Under the pieces are notes generated by a model. The model did no database searches and was not told where the DNA came from. It saw only the letters and a program-made list of their open reading frames with translations. 44,719 nt of DNA from positions 1 to 44,719 of IMG/VR virus record IMGVR_UViG_2737471862_000003; one strand, given 5' to 3'. Numbering within the stretch: the first letter of the stretch is position 1; each line of letters opens with the position of its first letter. The translations under genes and the position numbers were made by a program. This document shows positions 29,284 to 38,137 of this stretch, one piece after another. This DNA comes from a virus. Its lineage: Duplodnaviria; Heunggongvirae; Uroviricota; Caudoviricetes.

Positions 29284-30342
29284 TTATGCTTTCCACTTCA
29301 GGACACCCGAATTTCTCGCGTGCATTAAAAAACGAATCAGCAACAACAGCTGGCTGCCGTGTTTTTCTTCAAAATCTTTTACCCCGGCGTGCAGTTCGTT
29401 ATGACATTTACGGCACAGCGGAATAACAAACAAATCGTCAGCCTTTGTTCCCATCCCTCCCAGTCCATGACCAATAATGTGATGCGGATCATCTGCCTGA
29501 TTGCCACACGTCATGCATTTCTGCGTTTTTACCCAGCGCGTGTATACGGGCATCTCTTCCCGCTGTGGTTTCTGACGCTGGAGATACTGAGCCGGAGACT
29601 CCGGATCAACGGCAATGCTGACCACCGTCTTTTCCTGTGGTGGGTTTTGTTGCTGGTGGGCGTGAGGCAACGGCGAAAAATTTTTTGTGCGCTGCTTCAG
29701 TATGCTGGTGGCTGTCTGCTCTCCCGGTATGATGTCGCTTTCGCGGTACACCGAGCGGATTTTTTCCGCACGCAACCCCAGAGAACGACGTAATACTGCC
29801 TCCGGTAGCGCGTCCGCCACCTGATTGCAGACCGCCCACCAGGATAATTCAGCCAGCGATAATTCCCGTTCCTGTGTACCGTTCATTGCATGACGTATGA
29901 CGTCAATCATCCAGGCTGTCAGATTTTGTTGAGCAAGCTGCCCGAGTGATTCGGATGTCTGGTCACGCAGCTGGTTGTCGCAGTGCCAGCACAACACCAT
30001 TGCGCCGGTACCGTAACGATGTATGACGATTTCACTGTGATGATAGTCACCATGAGGCCACTGGCAGGATTTGACATGACGCAACAGCCAGTCAGACAGT
30101 GCCCCAGCGCCGCCAGCAGCACGAATCACCCGCTCATCGCTGAAAAATGGCAGTAATGATTTATCCTCCGCCAGCGGCTGGCGAACGGCAGGGACGACTC
30201 CGGATGGCAGGCCGCACATGCTTTTCGGTTCCGGCTCCACCAGCACTCGAGGATTGTGAAATACCTGCATGGATTCACGACCTGGCTTAAGGACCACCAG
30301 CCCGAGTTCCGGTACCAGAACAGGTCGAAGTAATACCCGCAC
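29284..30342 (-). CDS. DUF968-like protein with C-terminal Cys/His HNH-like zinc-finger motif
   Basis: 352 aa. C-terminus reads CMTCGN...DPHHI...CRKCHNELH. The apparent start is GTG with a GGAGG ribosome-binding site. Family assignment is from memory (YdfU-like). Confidence 0.5.
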   Translation of the reverse strand: MRVLLRPVLVPELGLVVLKPGRESMQVFHNPRVLVEPEPKSMCGLPSGVVPAVRQPLAEDKSLLPFFSDERVIRAAGGAGALSDWLLRHVKSCQWPHGDYHHSEIVIHRYGTGAMVLCWHCDNQLRDQTSESLGQLAQQNLTAWMIDVIRHAMNGTQERELSLAELSWWAVCNQVADALPEAVLRRSLGLRAEKIRSVYRESDIIPGEQTATSILKQRTKNFSPLPHAHQQQNPPQEKTVVSIAVDPESPAQYLQRQKPQREEMPVYTRWVKTQKCMTCGNQADDPHHIIGHGLGGMGTKADDLFVIPLCRKCHNELHAGVKDFEEKHGSQLLLLIRFLMHARNSGVLKWKA

Positions 30343-30343
30343 G

Positions 30344-30616
30344 TTACCTCCAGATCCGTTGCTGGAATGTGCGGGACGGACGCGGTGGGCGTTCGGAGTA
30401 AGGAAGCCTGACGTAGATTATCCAGTGACGATAATCGAGGGTGAGGGCTTTCCTAAACTCATACCCGCGTCTGCGGTAGTTCTGAATCAGCCATTCGGCC
30501 TGTTCTTCAGTGCAGGGGTCATGCTGATACCAGTCATATTTGAATGTGTGAGAACGCCGCCCGTATCTGCTGGCAGGGGCGGCATCAGAATTGTTAATTT
30601 TCTTGTAATGCACCAC
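30344..30616 (-). CDS. hypothetical 90 aa basic protein (nin-region)
   Basis: ORF only, tightly packed upstream of the DUF968-like gene. Confidence 0.4.
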   Translation of the reverse strand: MVHYKKINNSDAAPASRYGRRSHTFKYDWYQHDPCTEEQAEWLIQNYRRRGYEFRKALTLDYRHWIIYVRLPYSERPPRPSRTFQQRIWR

Positions 30617-30682
30617 TACTATCCTCGTAATGGTGCGACAGACGCCAGTTGTTCAGGCTGGCTTTAACTACAACATTATAAT

Positions 30683-30877
30683 CTAGTCTTTCTTAATGCT
30701 GAAGTGACTGACCGAATCCGCATGCGATTCTTTGGTGATCAGAATAACATCGGATGGCAATGGCATTACGATAAACTCACCATTCTCAAGAACTATTACT
30801 TCATAATTACCTGGTATAGAAAGCGCAGCAATTAATTCCTTATCGTTCATAACCAAAATCCCGTGAACTTTAAACAC
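30683..30877 (-). CDS. hypothetical small protein
   Basis: ORF only. The start is uncertain and the ribosome-binding site is weak. Confidence 0.25.
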   Translation of the reverse strand: MFKVHGILVMNDKELIAALSIPGNYEVIVLENGEFIVMPLPSDVILITKESHADSVSHFSIKKD

Positions 30878-31011
30878 CTCCCCTTAAGGGGACCATCCTT
30901 CTTCTCCCTGCGCGCCAATCAAGTAATGAGATTCTATTTCCCCCGTAATTAGCCTCAAGAACAACAAATCACAAAAACACAAAAAGCCTGTTTGATTAAA
31001 AATAATCGTAA

Positions 31012-31032
31012 CAAAAAACCCGCCGAAGCGGG
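31012..31032 (-). terminator. intrinsic terminator at the 3' end of the hok mRNA
   Basis: CCCGC-TTCG-GCGGG hairpin followed by TTTTTTGT on the minus strand, about 70 nt downstream of the hok stop. Coordinates approximate. Confidence 0.55.
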
Positions 31033-31102
31033 TTAAGTGCGGGTGCGTTGAGGATGCCTGACACATCAGAGGTGGCGAGGGATTTCTCCCCCGCCAGGTC
31101 TC

Positions 31103-31258
31103 TTACTCCTCAGATTCGTAAGCTGTGAAGACAGCGACCTCCGTCTGGCCGGTTCGGATTCGTACCTCGCAGAGGTCTTTCCTCGTTACCAGTGCCGTCA
31201 CTATGACGGTTAAACAGATGACGATCAGGGCGATTAACATCGCCTTTTGCTGCTTCAT
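31103..31258 (-). CDS. hok: Hok/Gef-family type I toxin
   Basis: MKQQKAMLIALIVICLTVIVTALVTRKDLCEVRIRTGQTEVAVFTAYESEE is essentially the HokD/RelF sequence. AAGGAG ribosome-binding site. Confidence 0.9.
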   Translation of the reverse strand: MKQQKAMLIALIVICLTVIVTALVTRKDLCEVRIRTGQTEVAVFTAYESEE

Positions 31259-31315
31259 AGCCTGCTTCTCCTTGCCTTTCGGCACGTAAGAGGCTAACCT
31301 AGATTTGCCGTTCAT
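31103..31315 (-). CDS. mok: Mok (modulator of killing) overlapping reading frame
   Basis: An in-frame N-terminal extension of 19 codons begins at an upstream ATG, as in hok/mok/sok loci. Confidence 0.6.
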   Translation of the reverse strand: MNGKSRLASYVPKGKEKQAMKQQKAMLIALIVICLTVIVTALVTRKDLCEVRIRTGQTEVAVFTAYESEE

Positions 31316-31360
31316 AGATTGAGCCTCAGATTAATGTTAAGCGTCTTGCCGGACGCGTAA
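31285..31360 (+). ncRNA. sok: predicted Sok-like antisense RNA (position inferred, not located)
   Basis: In hok/sok systems the antitoxin RNA is encoded antisense to the mok translation-initiation region. Here the position is inferred from that architecture only; no promoter or terminator was located. Confidence 0.25.
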
Positions 31361-31595
31361 TGTTAACTGGGGCTTTTCTCTGTCTGCCTTACAGTGGCAT
31401 GCCCGAGGCAGACAGCCTCAAGCACCCGCAACAATCTTACCGACACCGATAAGAAAACGCTATTTTTATTGCCAGAACCTTCTGCCCAGGCTAATGTATC
31501 CGCGTCAGAACGGCGCAATGCGCTCGCCTGAGATACGTTTACTTGTCATTGGTGGCAACAGATAACGGCAATTGTTGTTTCTGTTTGTTTCCTTC

Positions 31596-31632
31596 AAAAA
31601 CCCCGGACCGTCAATCCGGGGTTTTTGTTTGT
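31596..31632. terminator. bidirectional intrinsic terminator
   Basis: AAAAA-CCCCGGA-N7-TCCGGGG-TTTTTGTTTG. Coordinates approximate. Confidence 0.5.
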
Positions 31633-31711
31633 TATCCCCAGCGGCAAATCGAATACACCACCAGCGCCACCGCCATCGCAATTCCTGTCGTTGTGAATGC
31701 TTCAGGCCTGG

Positions 31712-32056
31712 TCATCGTAAAACATCCTCCACGCTTGTCAGTCCGTTTCGCTCCAGGTAGTCCATCGCCTTATCCGGCAGTTTGCAGTCCGGCTTCGCTT
31801 TCCTCAGTTGCCAGGCTAACTGCTTTACCTGCATAGTTAACTCGTCGACCAGACGCTGATACCCCACTGGTTTGTATTCATGCAATTTACCGGCTGGCTC
31901 TGCTGCCAGCGATACCAGTGCGATTTCCAGAACAGCAATATCCATCTTATATGTGCGGATGATGTCATTGTCGATTGTGCCCGGTATGCACAATCTCTGT
32001 GCTTCAATAGTCTCCTCTGCGTGAGCTATTAACTGCTCTCTGGTAAAAGTCGTCAT
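31712..32056 (-). CDS. hypothetical 114 aa protein, paralogous N-terminus with the 135 aa protein at 32640-33047
   Basis: The N-terminus ([14 protein letters not shown]...[16 protein letters not shown]) parallels the N-terminus of the other protein (TKEQLIEEAKLKIA...FKIALASLESEP). Confidence 0.5.
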   Translation of the reverse strand: MTTFTREQLIAHAEETIEAQRLCIPGTIDNDIIRTYKMDIAVLEIALVSLAAEPAGKLHEYKPVGYQRLVDELTMQVKQLAWQLRKAKPDCKLPDKAMDYLERNGLTSVEDVLR

Positions 32057-32418
32057 GCCGTAGCCCCTTCTTGATATTTTTCAAACCAGAACACAACTGG
32101 GTCAGATTTCATTTCAACCAATCCCATACGAACCAGCGCTTTGCCTTTCCCGGACGCAAGGAATTCACGACGACCATCACTGATAATTCGCCGATAATCT
32201 TCCAGACTACTGCAATGCTTGTGCAGATTGCATGGGTGGCATGCCGGAACCATGTTGGATATATCGTCACGTTCCTGGTGAAGCATATTTCCATCAAAAC
32301 GGATGACCGGTTTTACATGGTCTGCATGCCACTTTTCGCCAAGTTCGCAGCCGCAATAAGCGCAGCGACCACCGAACTTCATGCGCAGTTCTGCACGTTG
32401 TTTTTTCGTCAGTGCCAT
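32053..32418 (-). CDS. HNH endonuclease
   Basis: From the internal ATG: [26 protein letters not shown]...WHADHVKPV...[11 protein letters not shown], a classic HNH motif with two Cys pairs. AT-rich gene with an AAGGA ribosome-binding site. Confidence 0.85.
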   Translation of the reverse strand: MALTKKQRAELRMKFGGRCAYCGCELGEKWHADHVKPVIRFDGNMLHQERDDISNMVPACHPCNLHKHCSSLEDYRRIISDGRREFLASGKGKALVRMGLVEMKSDPVVFWFEKYQEGATA

Positions 32419-32419
32419 A

Positions 32420-32659
32420 TCAGCTTTCCTTATACGGATTAATTTTATTGTGCAGTGTGTTGAACGACGCCCACACCACGTCGTTATACAATTCAATAAC
32501 TGGCTCAATTATTTTCCCGATTGCCCAGACAAAAATTAGCGGGGATATCGGTATCATCAATACGATAAACAGAATGAGAAACAAAAATTCTGTCGCTCTA
32601 CTTTTTCGCGGATATTCTTTTCTGAATAATGTAGGCACATCACTCTCCTTTGTTGCCAA
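32420..32659 (-). CDS. possible small membrane protein (79 aa)
   Basis: Hydrophobic core FLFLILFIVLMIPISPLIFVWAIG. The apparent start is non-ATG, so this is uncertain. Confidence 0.3.
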   Translation of the reverse strand: MATKESDVPTLFRKEYPRKSRATEFLFLILFIVLMIPISPLIFVWAIGKIIEPVIELYNDVVWASFNTLHNKINPYKES

Positions 32660-33047
32660 TGTTTACAGCCTGGCAGGCCTCCTTGAGTACCCAGTCAACA
32701 GCGTCTTTCCATGCTCCGGTTTCAGCTGGCGGATTCTCACACTTTACCTGTTCATAAAAGCGTACCGCTTTAACAAGCCCTTCAGGCACTACCGGCGATG
32801 GCGGGGCGGTGTAAAGGTCGTGGCTTCCATCAGGCAGTGAGTGACCTACATACTCACCGAATCCATCAACACACATGCCCCCATCTTCAATAATGCATGA
32901 CTCCACCGGCTCTGATTCCAGCGATGCCAGTGCAATTTTGAATAACTCACCCTCTATCCGTGCCATCCCTGAATGGGGGTGACATTTCGTAATCGCTATT
33001 TTTAATTTGGCCTCTTCGATTAATTGTTCTTTGGTTAATTCAGCCAT
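32640..33047 (-). CDS. hypothetical 135 aa protein (paralogue of the 31712-32056 product at the N-terminus)
   Basis: ATG start. A small hairpin lies just upstream. Confidence 0.5.
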   Translation of the reverse strand: MAELTKEQLIEEAKLKIAITKCHPHSGMARIEGELFKIALASLESEPVESCIIEDGGMCVDGFGEYVGHSLPDGSHDLYTAPPSPVVPEGLVKAVRFYEQVKCENPPAETGAWKDAVDWVLKEACQAVNIGNKGE

Positions 33048-33142
33048 TTTTCATTACCGCCCTTTCGGGCGGCCTCCTGATGTTCTGAGGGTGCAGAAAT
33101 CCCTCCGGTTAAGGATTAAATTTTTAACAGTGCTAAATTTAA

Positions 33143-33532
33143 TTATTCAGTTCTGGATTTTGTCGCTCTGCGTATCCGCGCTTTTGCGTTACGCTCAATC
33201 TGAATTAGCTTTTCTATATTTTTCCGCCTTTCCCGTTCCTCCTGACGCAATAGCCTTACATCATCTGCCAGTCTGGTTTCTCTTTTCGCCACAGAGAGCA
33301 TCCAGTCAAACGGCTCCACAACTGCACCGCAGATTTTACAGCGGACCTGACGCTCTTTTTCATCAACCCTGACAGAAGCGTGATGGCAATATGGTCTTTC
33401 CGATGGCTCATAAAGAAAATTAACCTGATTACGTGGGTCATCTTCTTTTACCGGAAATAAAACAATATTACTTAACTCATCTTCTGGTTTTATTTCCACG
33501 TCACTCTCCTTTGATGCGAATGCCAGCAACAC
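33143..33532 (-). CDS. hypothetical 129 aa protein with possible Cys/His zinc-binding motif and basic C-terminus
   Basis: ORF plus a CHH...C..C pattern. No family recognised. Confidence 0.4.
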   Translation of the reverse strand: MLLAFASKESDVEIKPEDELSNIVLFPVKEDDPRNQVNFLYEPSERPYCHHASVRVDEKERQVRCKICGAVVEPFDWMLSVAKRETRLADDVRLLRQEERERRKNIEKLIQIERNAKARIRRATKSRTE

Positions 33533-33812
33533 GTAGTGCGCGCTCTAAATCAGCCAGATAAATCCAGCTGCCATTTTCCTTAGGTATCATGACATGGCGC
33601 TCATCAGCATTTATCGGGTGTCCATATCGAAGTTCATAGCCAGCCGGTAGCTGGACTTCCCTTGCCTCCAGTTCTGCAATGCGCTTGTCTTTGGCTTCCA
33701 GTTCATCAAGAACCTTTTTTATGGCTGGTGAATGTGTCGTATAACTCGCAGCCGGACCGGCAAGCATTATCCTGAGCTGCGTTTTCGCTTTTTCCGTGTT
33801 CATTTGGTTCAT
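33501..33812 (-). CDS. hypothetical 103 aa protein
   Basis: ORF in operon context. Confidence 0.4.
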   Translation of the reverse strand: MNQMNTEKAKTQLRIMLAGPAASYTTHSPAIKKVLDELEAKDKRIAELEAREVQLPAGYELRYGHPINADERHVMIPKENGSWIYLADLERALRVAGIRIKGE

Positions 33813-33827
33813 TACCTTATTTAGTGG

Positions 33828-34247
33828 CTATATTCCCCAATAGAACGTTAGTATACGCTGCATAACTTCGCTTTCCCGGCACTCACGGCAAATCATGTTC
33901 TGAGGCCTGTCGTAGCGGCGTATTTCTCCGTCTGGTAATGACCAGATAAGGTCCGGAGCAACCACAACCGGTTTCTTCGCCTTTGCCCTCGATAGTTTTT
34001 TGCGGGCGTTTTGCCAGTCCTTACGAGCCTGTTCAGACGGAAATAACCCGTAGCCAGAATTGTATACATCGCCACTGGCAACCAGCTCTCTGGCGAGAAC
34101 ACTCATCAGATATCTTGTCGCACCTGTTTTCGCTTCCAGTTGCCGTAACGTCTCGCGCCAACTCTGGCGTACGAGATCAACGATCTGCCCTTTAATTTTT
34201 TCCCGCTCTTCCTGTGTAAATACTTTTGCCATAAGCGCCTCCGGCAA
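33828..34247 (-). CDS. hypothetical 139 aa protein
   Basis: ORF in operon context, immediately following the stop of the 264 aa gene. Confidence 0.4.
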   Translation of the reverse strand: MPEALMAKVFTQEEREKIKGQIVDLVRQSWRETLRQLEAKTGATRYLMSVLARELVASGDVYNSGYGLFPSEQARKDWQNARKKLSRAKAKKPVVVAPDLIWSLPDGEIRRYDRPQNMICRECRESEVMQRILTFYWGI

Positions 34248-35042
34248 TCACTTTTCCGATACAACACGGCGGGAAGAATCAGTAATCTGTCGAACAATAT
34301 CCCGGTGCTTGTTCAGCTCCCGCAGCGCGGCGCAGACTCGCTCCCACTTCTGGACATGATTTTTCGCCCGACGCAGTTCACGGTTTGCCATATGCAGCGA
34401 TGGTAAAATCAGGTTATCCGCTTGCGTTTCAGTAAACGATGGCAACGACTGCACAATGTCCCCCACAGTATCTGTTTTAATTTCTTCCTGTGTTGCCGCT
34501 TCCTGTCCTGGTAACGCAACACCGGCTGGCTGAGAAAAGGCTTTACCAGGTGTTTTCGCTACCGATACAACTTTCGGCTCTGCTGGTAAATTTTCCCCGG
34601 TTTCTTTTACCAGCATCCACTTACACCCCTTCCCCTGTCCCAGCTTAATCGCCATGCCATCGCGGCAAAGCTTTTCCATCGCAGAAACCAGCGACCTGAC
34701 GCAATCAGCACGCCCCACAGCAATTGCAATCTCAGCGGTGGTCATTGCCCCACCATGAACAAGTGTGGACAGGATGTCGCAGCGTTTCAGTGGCTCACGC
34801 TCTTTTCTGCTGACCACCGGATGGGATTTTCTTTCCACTTTACACACCGTTACTTTTTTTTCTTTCACGCCCGTTTGTCGTTCTGAAACAGACCAGTAAC
34901 CATTAACCGACACAACTTCTCCCTGCTCTTCGTACTCCCGCAACATTTTAATCGCCTCAGCCGGTGCAATGCCCAAACTGGTAGCAAGCTCAGTGCACGT
35001 CACCTTTTGCATCGCTTTTAACGTATCAATCAACGTTTCCAT
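34248..35042 (-). CDS. hypothetical 264 aa protein with N-terminal winged-helix-like region (replication-module position)
   Basis: N-terminus METLIDTLKAMQKVTCTELATSLGIAPAEAIKMLREYEEQGEV looks like a helix-turn-helix. No ATPase motifs were seen. Confidence 0.45.
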   Translation of the reverse strand: METLIDTLKAMQKVTCTELATSLGIAPAEAIKMLREYEEQGEVVSVNGYWSVSERQTGVKEKKVTVCKVERKSHPVVSRKEREPLKRCDILSTLVHGGAMTTAEIAIAVGRADCVRSLVSAMEKLCRDGMAIKLGQGKGCKWMLVKETGENLPAEPKVVSVAKTPGKAFSQPAGVALPGQEAATQEEIKTDTVGDIVQSLPSFTETQADNLILPSLHMANRELRRAKNHVQKWERVCAALRELNKHRDIVRQITDSSRRVVSEK

Positions 35043-35087
35043 TAAAATTTCTCCCGTTAAAAATTATTTACCAATCTCAAACAAAAC

Positions 35088-36308
35088 TTATCCCCTGAAC
35101 CCTGGTGGAATTTCGGTGTCCGGTTCAGAAATGTGATTCACACAACGCTGGTTGTTCGTGCCGCTTACCGGGAGCAACCAGGGGTTTTCAAAATTCCGGT
35201 CCGGTCCAAAAAACGTCGTCGCTCGCTGAACAAATTCCGTTCCCGCTTTCCCGGTCGCCGCCATGTATCTCGCGTAACGCCTCACACCATCCAGCATGGT
35301 CTCTGGTGACACCCCCTCGCGCAATCTGGCCTTCCAGGCACTGAATGCGGATTTCTTCGGGTTTGCCCCGGCACGCAACGGGTATTCCCGCCAGACCTGT
35401 TCGAACACATCCGGATAATCCACTCGTCCCACAGGCCGCCCGGTGTTTTCCGGGACTACCCGATCGGCTTCCCGCTGAATGGCGGAATCGGCTTCAGGCT
35501 GCTGCAGTTGGTGTGATTGCTCCGACCCTGCGGTCATCGCCTGCTGCACAGCGCCCGAATCGGCTTTCAGCGCATACGCCGAATCGGCTTCCGGTGTCGT
35601 GCCTGCTGGCTGACCAGAATTTACGGTCTGAACATCCCCTGCCTGGTTCATGGTGTTTTTTTCGCCATGAACCATAGTGTTTTTGTCCTGTTCCTGTTCT
35701 TTCTCCTGCTCCTGTTCTTGGCTTCGAAGCCCCTTAAAAGCCCCTTCGAAGCCCCTTACCGAATTTCGGCTATTATTCCGCCTCACATCCAGATGGAAAT
35801 CCGTTTTATATCTGTCGTAAAACGCTGACAGAAAAGCGTTTTCAGGTAATGATGCATACTCATTCCTGACACCTGCACAACGGTTATCGCCGGGCTTCAA
35901 CGTTTCCCCAACCTGCCAGGCTGCCATTTCATGGACCCAGACCATCTCTGCATCATGGTCATAGCTACAAAAACCAGCTTCAACAGCCCTTTTAAGCCCC
36001 TTTGAAGCCCCTTCCAGACCAAGCCCGGTTTCATGAGCAAGGTATAAAACTGGCAGGTAATACAAACCCAGCATATTTGCGTGAGGGGATGTCATCAGGT
36101 AAAAAGCAACAACTTGCGCTTCTGCACCCGCCTTTCTAAGTTCTCTCCCCGTTTCTCCCAGCCAGAATCGCGGAGAAACTTTTGCGTAATCACGCATGGC
36201 TACCTCATCTGGTGCCGAACCTTCCTCCGGATATAATCTGTGGTTCCCAATCGACAGAACCAGAGGAGGTTCGACATGTATTTTTTGAAAAGCCTTTATC
36301 AGGCTCAT
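35088..36308 (-). CDS. hypothetical 406 aa protein, candidate replication initiator (contains phased DNA direct repeats)
   Basis: Large ORF downstream of the cro/cII-like genes with an internal Glu/Gln-rich linker (SQEQEQEKEQEQDK). The DNA inside it carries iteron-like repeats. Confidence 0.5.
   Translation of the reverse strand: MSLIKAFQKIHVEPPLVLSIGNHRLYPEEGSAPDEVAMRDYAKVSPRFWLGETGRELRKAGAEAQVVAFYLMTSPHANMLGLYYLPVLYLAHETGLGLEGASKGLKRAVEAGFCSYDHDAEMVWVHEMAAWQVGETLKPGDNRCAGVRNEYASLPENAFLSAFYDRYKTDFHLDVRRNNSRNSVRGFEGAFKGLRSQEQEQEKEQEQDKNTMVHGEKNTMNQAGDVQTVNSGQPAGTTPEADSAYALKADSGAVQQAMTAGSEQSHQLQQPEADSAIQREADRVVPENTGRPVGRVDYPDVFEQVWREYPLRAGANPKKSAFSAWKARLREGVSPETMLDGVRRYARYMAATGKAGTEFVQRATTFFGPDRNFENPWLLPVSGTNNQRCVNHISEPDTEIPPGFRG
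35727..36013. repeat. five copies of AAGCCCCTT in two clusters with 11 bp phasing (iteron-like)
   Basis: Plus-strand copies at about 35727, 35738, 35749, 35994 and 36005. The copies fall in different reading frames, so the repeat is at DNA level rather than protein level. Confidence 0.6.
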
Positions 36309-36414
36309 GTATTAAATGTTGCAGCAACAAACCGCTGGTGTAACAGCCCCGAAATGCTCCCGGATTACAGAGCCTGGCTGCGCGCCGAAACATACCTTCG
36401 TCTCGACATATTGA

Positions 36415-36924
36415 TTAGCGAACTTCAAAAAGAGACTGCATCCATTCATAACCTTCAGGGTATCGACGCTGTTCGCATTCTGGTATCGCGCCATAGTGCT
36501 CTCTCAATAATTGAAGTGCGTCATCTCTCTTTTTCTGAACTGATTTTCTTGCTTCAACCAGCTCTGGAATCAGCGAATATCCCACCGGAAGTGATCCAAT
36601 ACCCACCTCATGTTGACGAGCAGTTACAAGATGTGCCATACAACCAGCGTGCTGGATTGACTCCCTGCTCAGAGGCTGAATGGGATCACTCTCTGCTGAA
36701 GAAATACCAAGATTTGTATAATCCTCAATAAGCCCGGCACACGCTTCTGCATCAGCCAGCTTTATTCTGGTTTCCTTGCGCTGTTCTCTGTCTGACAAAC
36801 GCCAGAGCAGCGCATTAGCTTTATGTATCAACCACTCTGCCAGCTCCACATCAGATAAACCGCCACGCCAGATGTGCGGACTGTTTTCGTAAACGCTCAG
36901 TGTCAATTTTTTGTCATTACTCAT
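36415..36924 (-). CDS. hypothetical 169 aa protein
   Basis: Start at the internal ATG (MSNDKKLTLSVYENSPHIWRGG...). No family recognised. Confidence 0.45.
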   Translation of the reverse strand: MSNDKKLTLSVYENSPHIWRGGLSDVELAEWLIHKANALLWRLSDREQRKETRIKLADAEACAGLIEDYTNLGISSAESDPIQPLSRESIQHAGCMAHLVTARQHEVGIGSLPVGYSLIPELVEARKSVQKKRDDALQLLREHYGAIPECEQRRYPEGYEWMQSLFEVR

Positions 36925-36937
36925 ATTTATTACCCAA

Positions 36938-37363
36938 TTAATGCACAGCCAGAGTGTTTCCTGCCGGGCCACCACGATTCATCTGGTTGAAACCAGCAAT
37001 CGCCACTGCGACAAAATCATCAGCGTCTCTCACCAGTCGTTCCCGCGTCTCCACCAGTTCCCGAAACCAGGCTGAACAGTGGCTGCGCATTCGGGCCACC
37101 AGCAGAGGTGGCATTGCTTTTTCGATCGCTGGTAACAACGCCTGAATTTTTTTAACCGCATCAGGGGTGTCTTTATCCAGCCAACGGAAAATTTTCTGGG
37201 TATTACGAGCCAGCGCTTCCGGATGCCTGTCGTCATATAGCTCCGGGAACGTCATACCCAGCTCAAAATAAGCCTGGGTTATTTCAGCTGCCGGAACTTT
37301 TTCACCGTCCGGATGCGCCCAGGCATTCATCGCCATACGGATGTGTTCATGCTTGATTTTCAT
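36938..37363 (-). CDS. YdaT-like protein (CII-analogue of Rac-type prophages)
   Basis: MKIKHEHIRMAMNAWAHPDGEKVPAAEITQAYFELGMTFPELYDD... resembles Rac YdaT as I remember it. Immediately downstream of the Cro-like gene. Confidence 0.6.
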   Translation of the reverse strand: MKIKHEHIRMAMNAWAHPDGEKVPAAEITQAYFELGMTFPELYDDRHPEALARNTQKIFRWLDKDTPDAVKKIQALLPAIEKAMPPLLVARMRSHCSAWFRELVETRERLVRDADDFVAVAIAGFNQMNRGGPAGNTLAVH

Positions 37364-37622
37364 GAATCAACTCCGGTGTATTTGGTGTGTTAGCCTTATC
37401 TCCAGCAGGCAACCCGTCAGTTGGATTCGGGTATAAATCTGGTCGCAATTCATGAGGAGTAACCCCAGTTGCAATATAAATTTGACGAACCCGTTCCCCC
37501 GTCGGAACTCGACCATTGTATTCATTTGCCCATTTGTGTATTTGAGATGGCCAAGCCCCTATTGCACGCCCTAGAGGACGAATACCACCAGCAATCTTTA
37601 TTGCTTTGTCCAATGCTGTCAT
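37347..37622 (-). CDS. Cro-like / YdaS-family helix-turn-helix regulator
   Basis: 91 aa (MTALDKAIKIAGGIRPLGRAIGAWPSQIHKW...TGVTPHELRPDLY), divergently transcribed from the repressor gene. Confidence 0.75.
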   Translation of the reverse strand: MTALDKAIKIAGGIRPLGRAIGAWPSQIHKWANEYNGRVPTGERVRQIYIATGVTPHELRPDLYPNPTDGLPAGDKANTPNTPELIHENQA

Positions 37623-37652
37623 ACAACCTCCAGTTCAACTAACCACAACAAT

Positions 37653-37711
37653 TGTTCACTTAAAACGAACATAAGTCAACACCTCGAGGAATTGTTAGTG
37701 TTCACTGAACG
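37653..37711. promoter_or_regulatory. OR-like operator region: TGTTC-N9-GAACA inverted repeat plus a second TGTTCACT-containing site between divergent promoters
   Basis: TGTTCACTTAAAACGAACA at about 37653-37671 and TGTTCACTGAAC at about 37699-37710. TTGACT lies on the minus strand for the cro-like gene. Confidence 0.55.
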
Positions 37712-37719
37712 GTTATAAT
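37692..37719 (+). promoter_or_regulatory. pRM-like promoter (TTGTTA-N16-TATAAT) giving a near-leaderless repressor mRNA
   Basis: TATAAT ends 7 nt before the repressor ATG. Lambda cI is also leaderless from pRM. Confidence 0.5.
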
Positions 37720-37725
37720 TGCTAA

Positions 37726-38115
37726 ATGGACATGAGAAAAAAGCAATACGACACCCCGCTAGCAGAAAGGTTAGATGCGATCTCTCAACAGCATCATTTA
37801 AGTGGTTCAGATTTAGCGCGTATCGCTGGTGTAGGTCGTTCATCAGTCAACGCATGGAAAAAAAGAGGAACAATCAGTAAAGATTCCGCAGCCAAAATTG
37901 CAGAAGCCACAAACGTTTCCCTTTCTTGGCTACTGACAGGGAAAGAAGAGACAAATAGAGAAGCGCTTGATGATGACGAGAAGGCCCTGCTTGATGTTTA
38001 CAGAAACCTGCCACCTGTAGAACGTAGAAATATGCTGGCAGCTTTTCAAATGCGACTTCAAAAACTGACCGAATTTTACTCAGAATACGTCGACCCAATA
38101 ACACGACAAAAATAA
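37726..38115 (+). CDS. prophage repressor (CI-like, XRE helix-turn-helix, no peptidase domain)
   Basis: 129 aa with helix-turn-helix LSGSDLARIAGVGRSSVNAWKKRG, divergent from the cro-like gene and followed by a strong terminator. Confidence 0.8.
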   Translation: MDMRKKQYDTPLAERLDAISQQHHLSGSDLARIAGVGRSSVNAWKKRGTISKDSAAKIAEATNVSLSWLLTGKEETNREALDDDEKALLDVYRNLPPVERRNMLAAFQMRLQKLTEFYSEYVDPITRQK

Positions 38116-38137
38116 TTCTTTATTTTACAGAATCATA

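Noticed and set aside
30884-31066. 60 aa ORF just downstream of hok
   Set aside because: It overlaps the hok mRNA 3' untranslated region and terminator hairpin and has no ribosome-binding site. It is probably non-coding.
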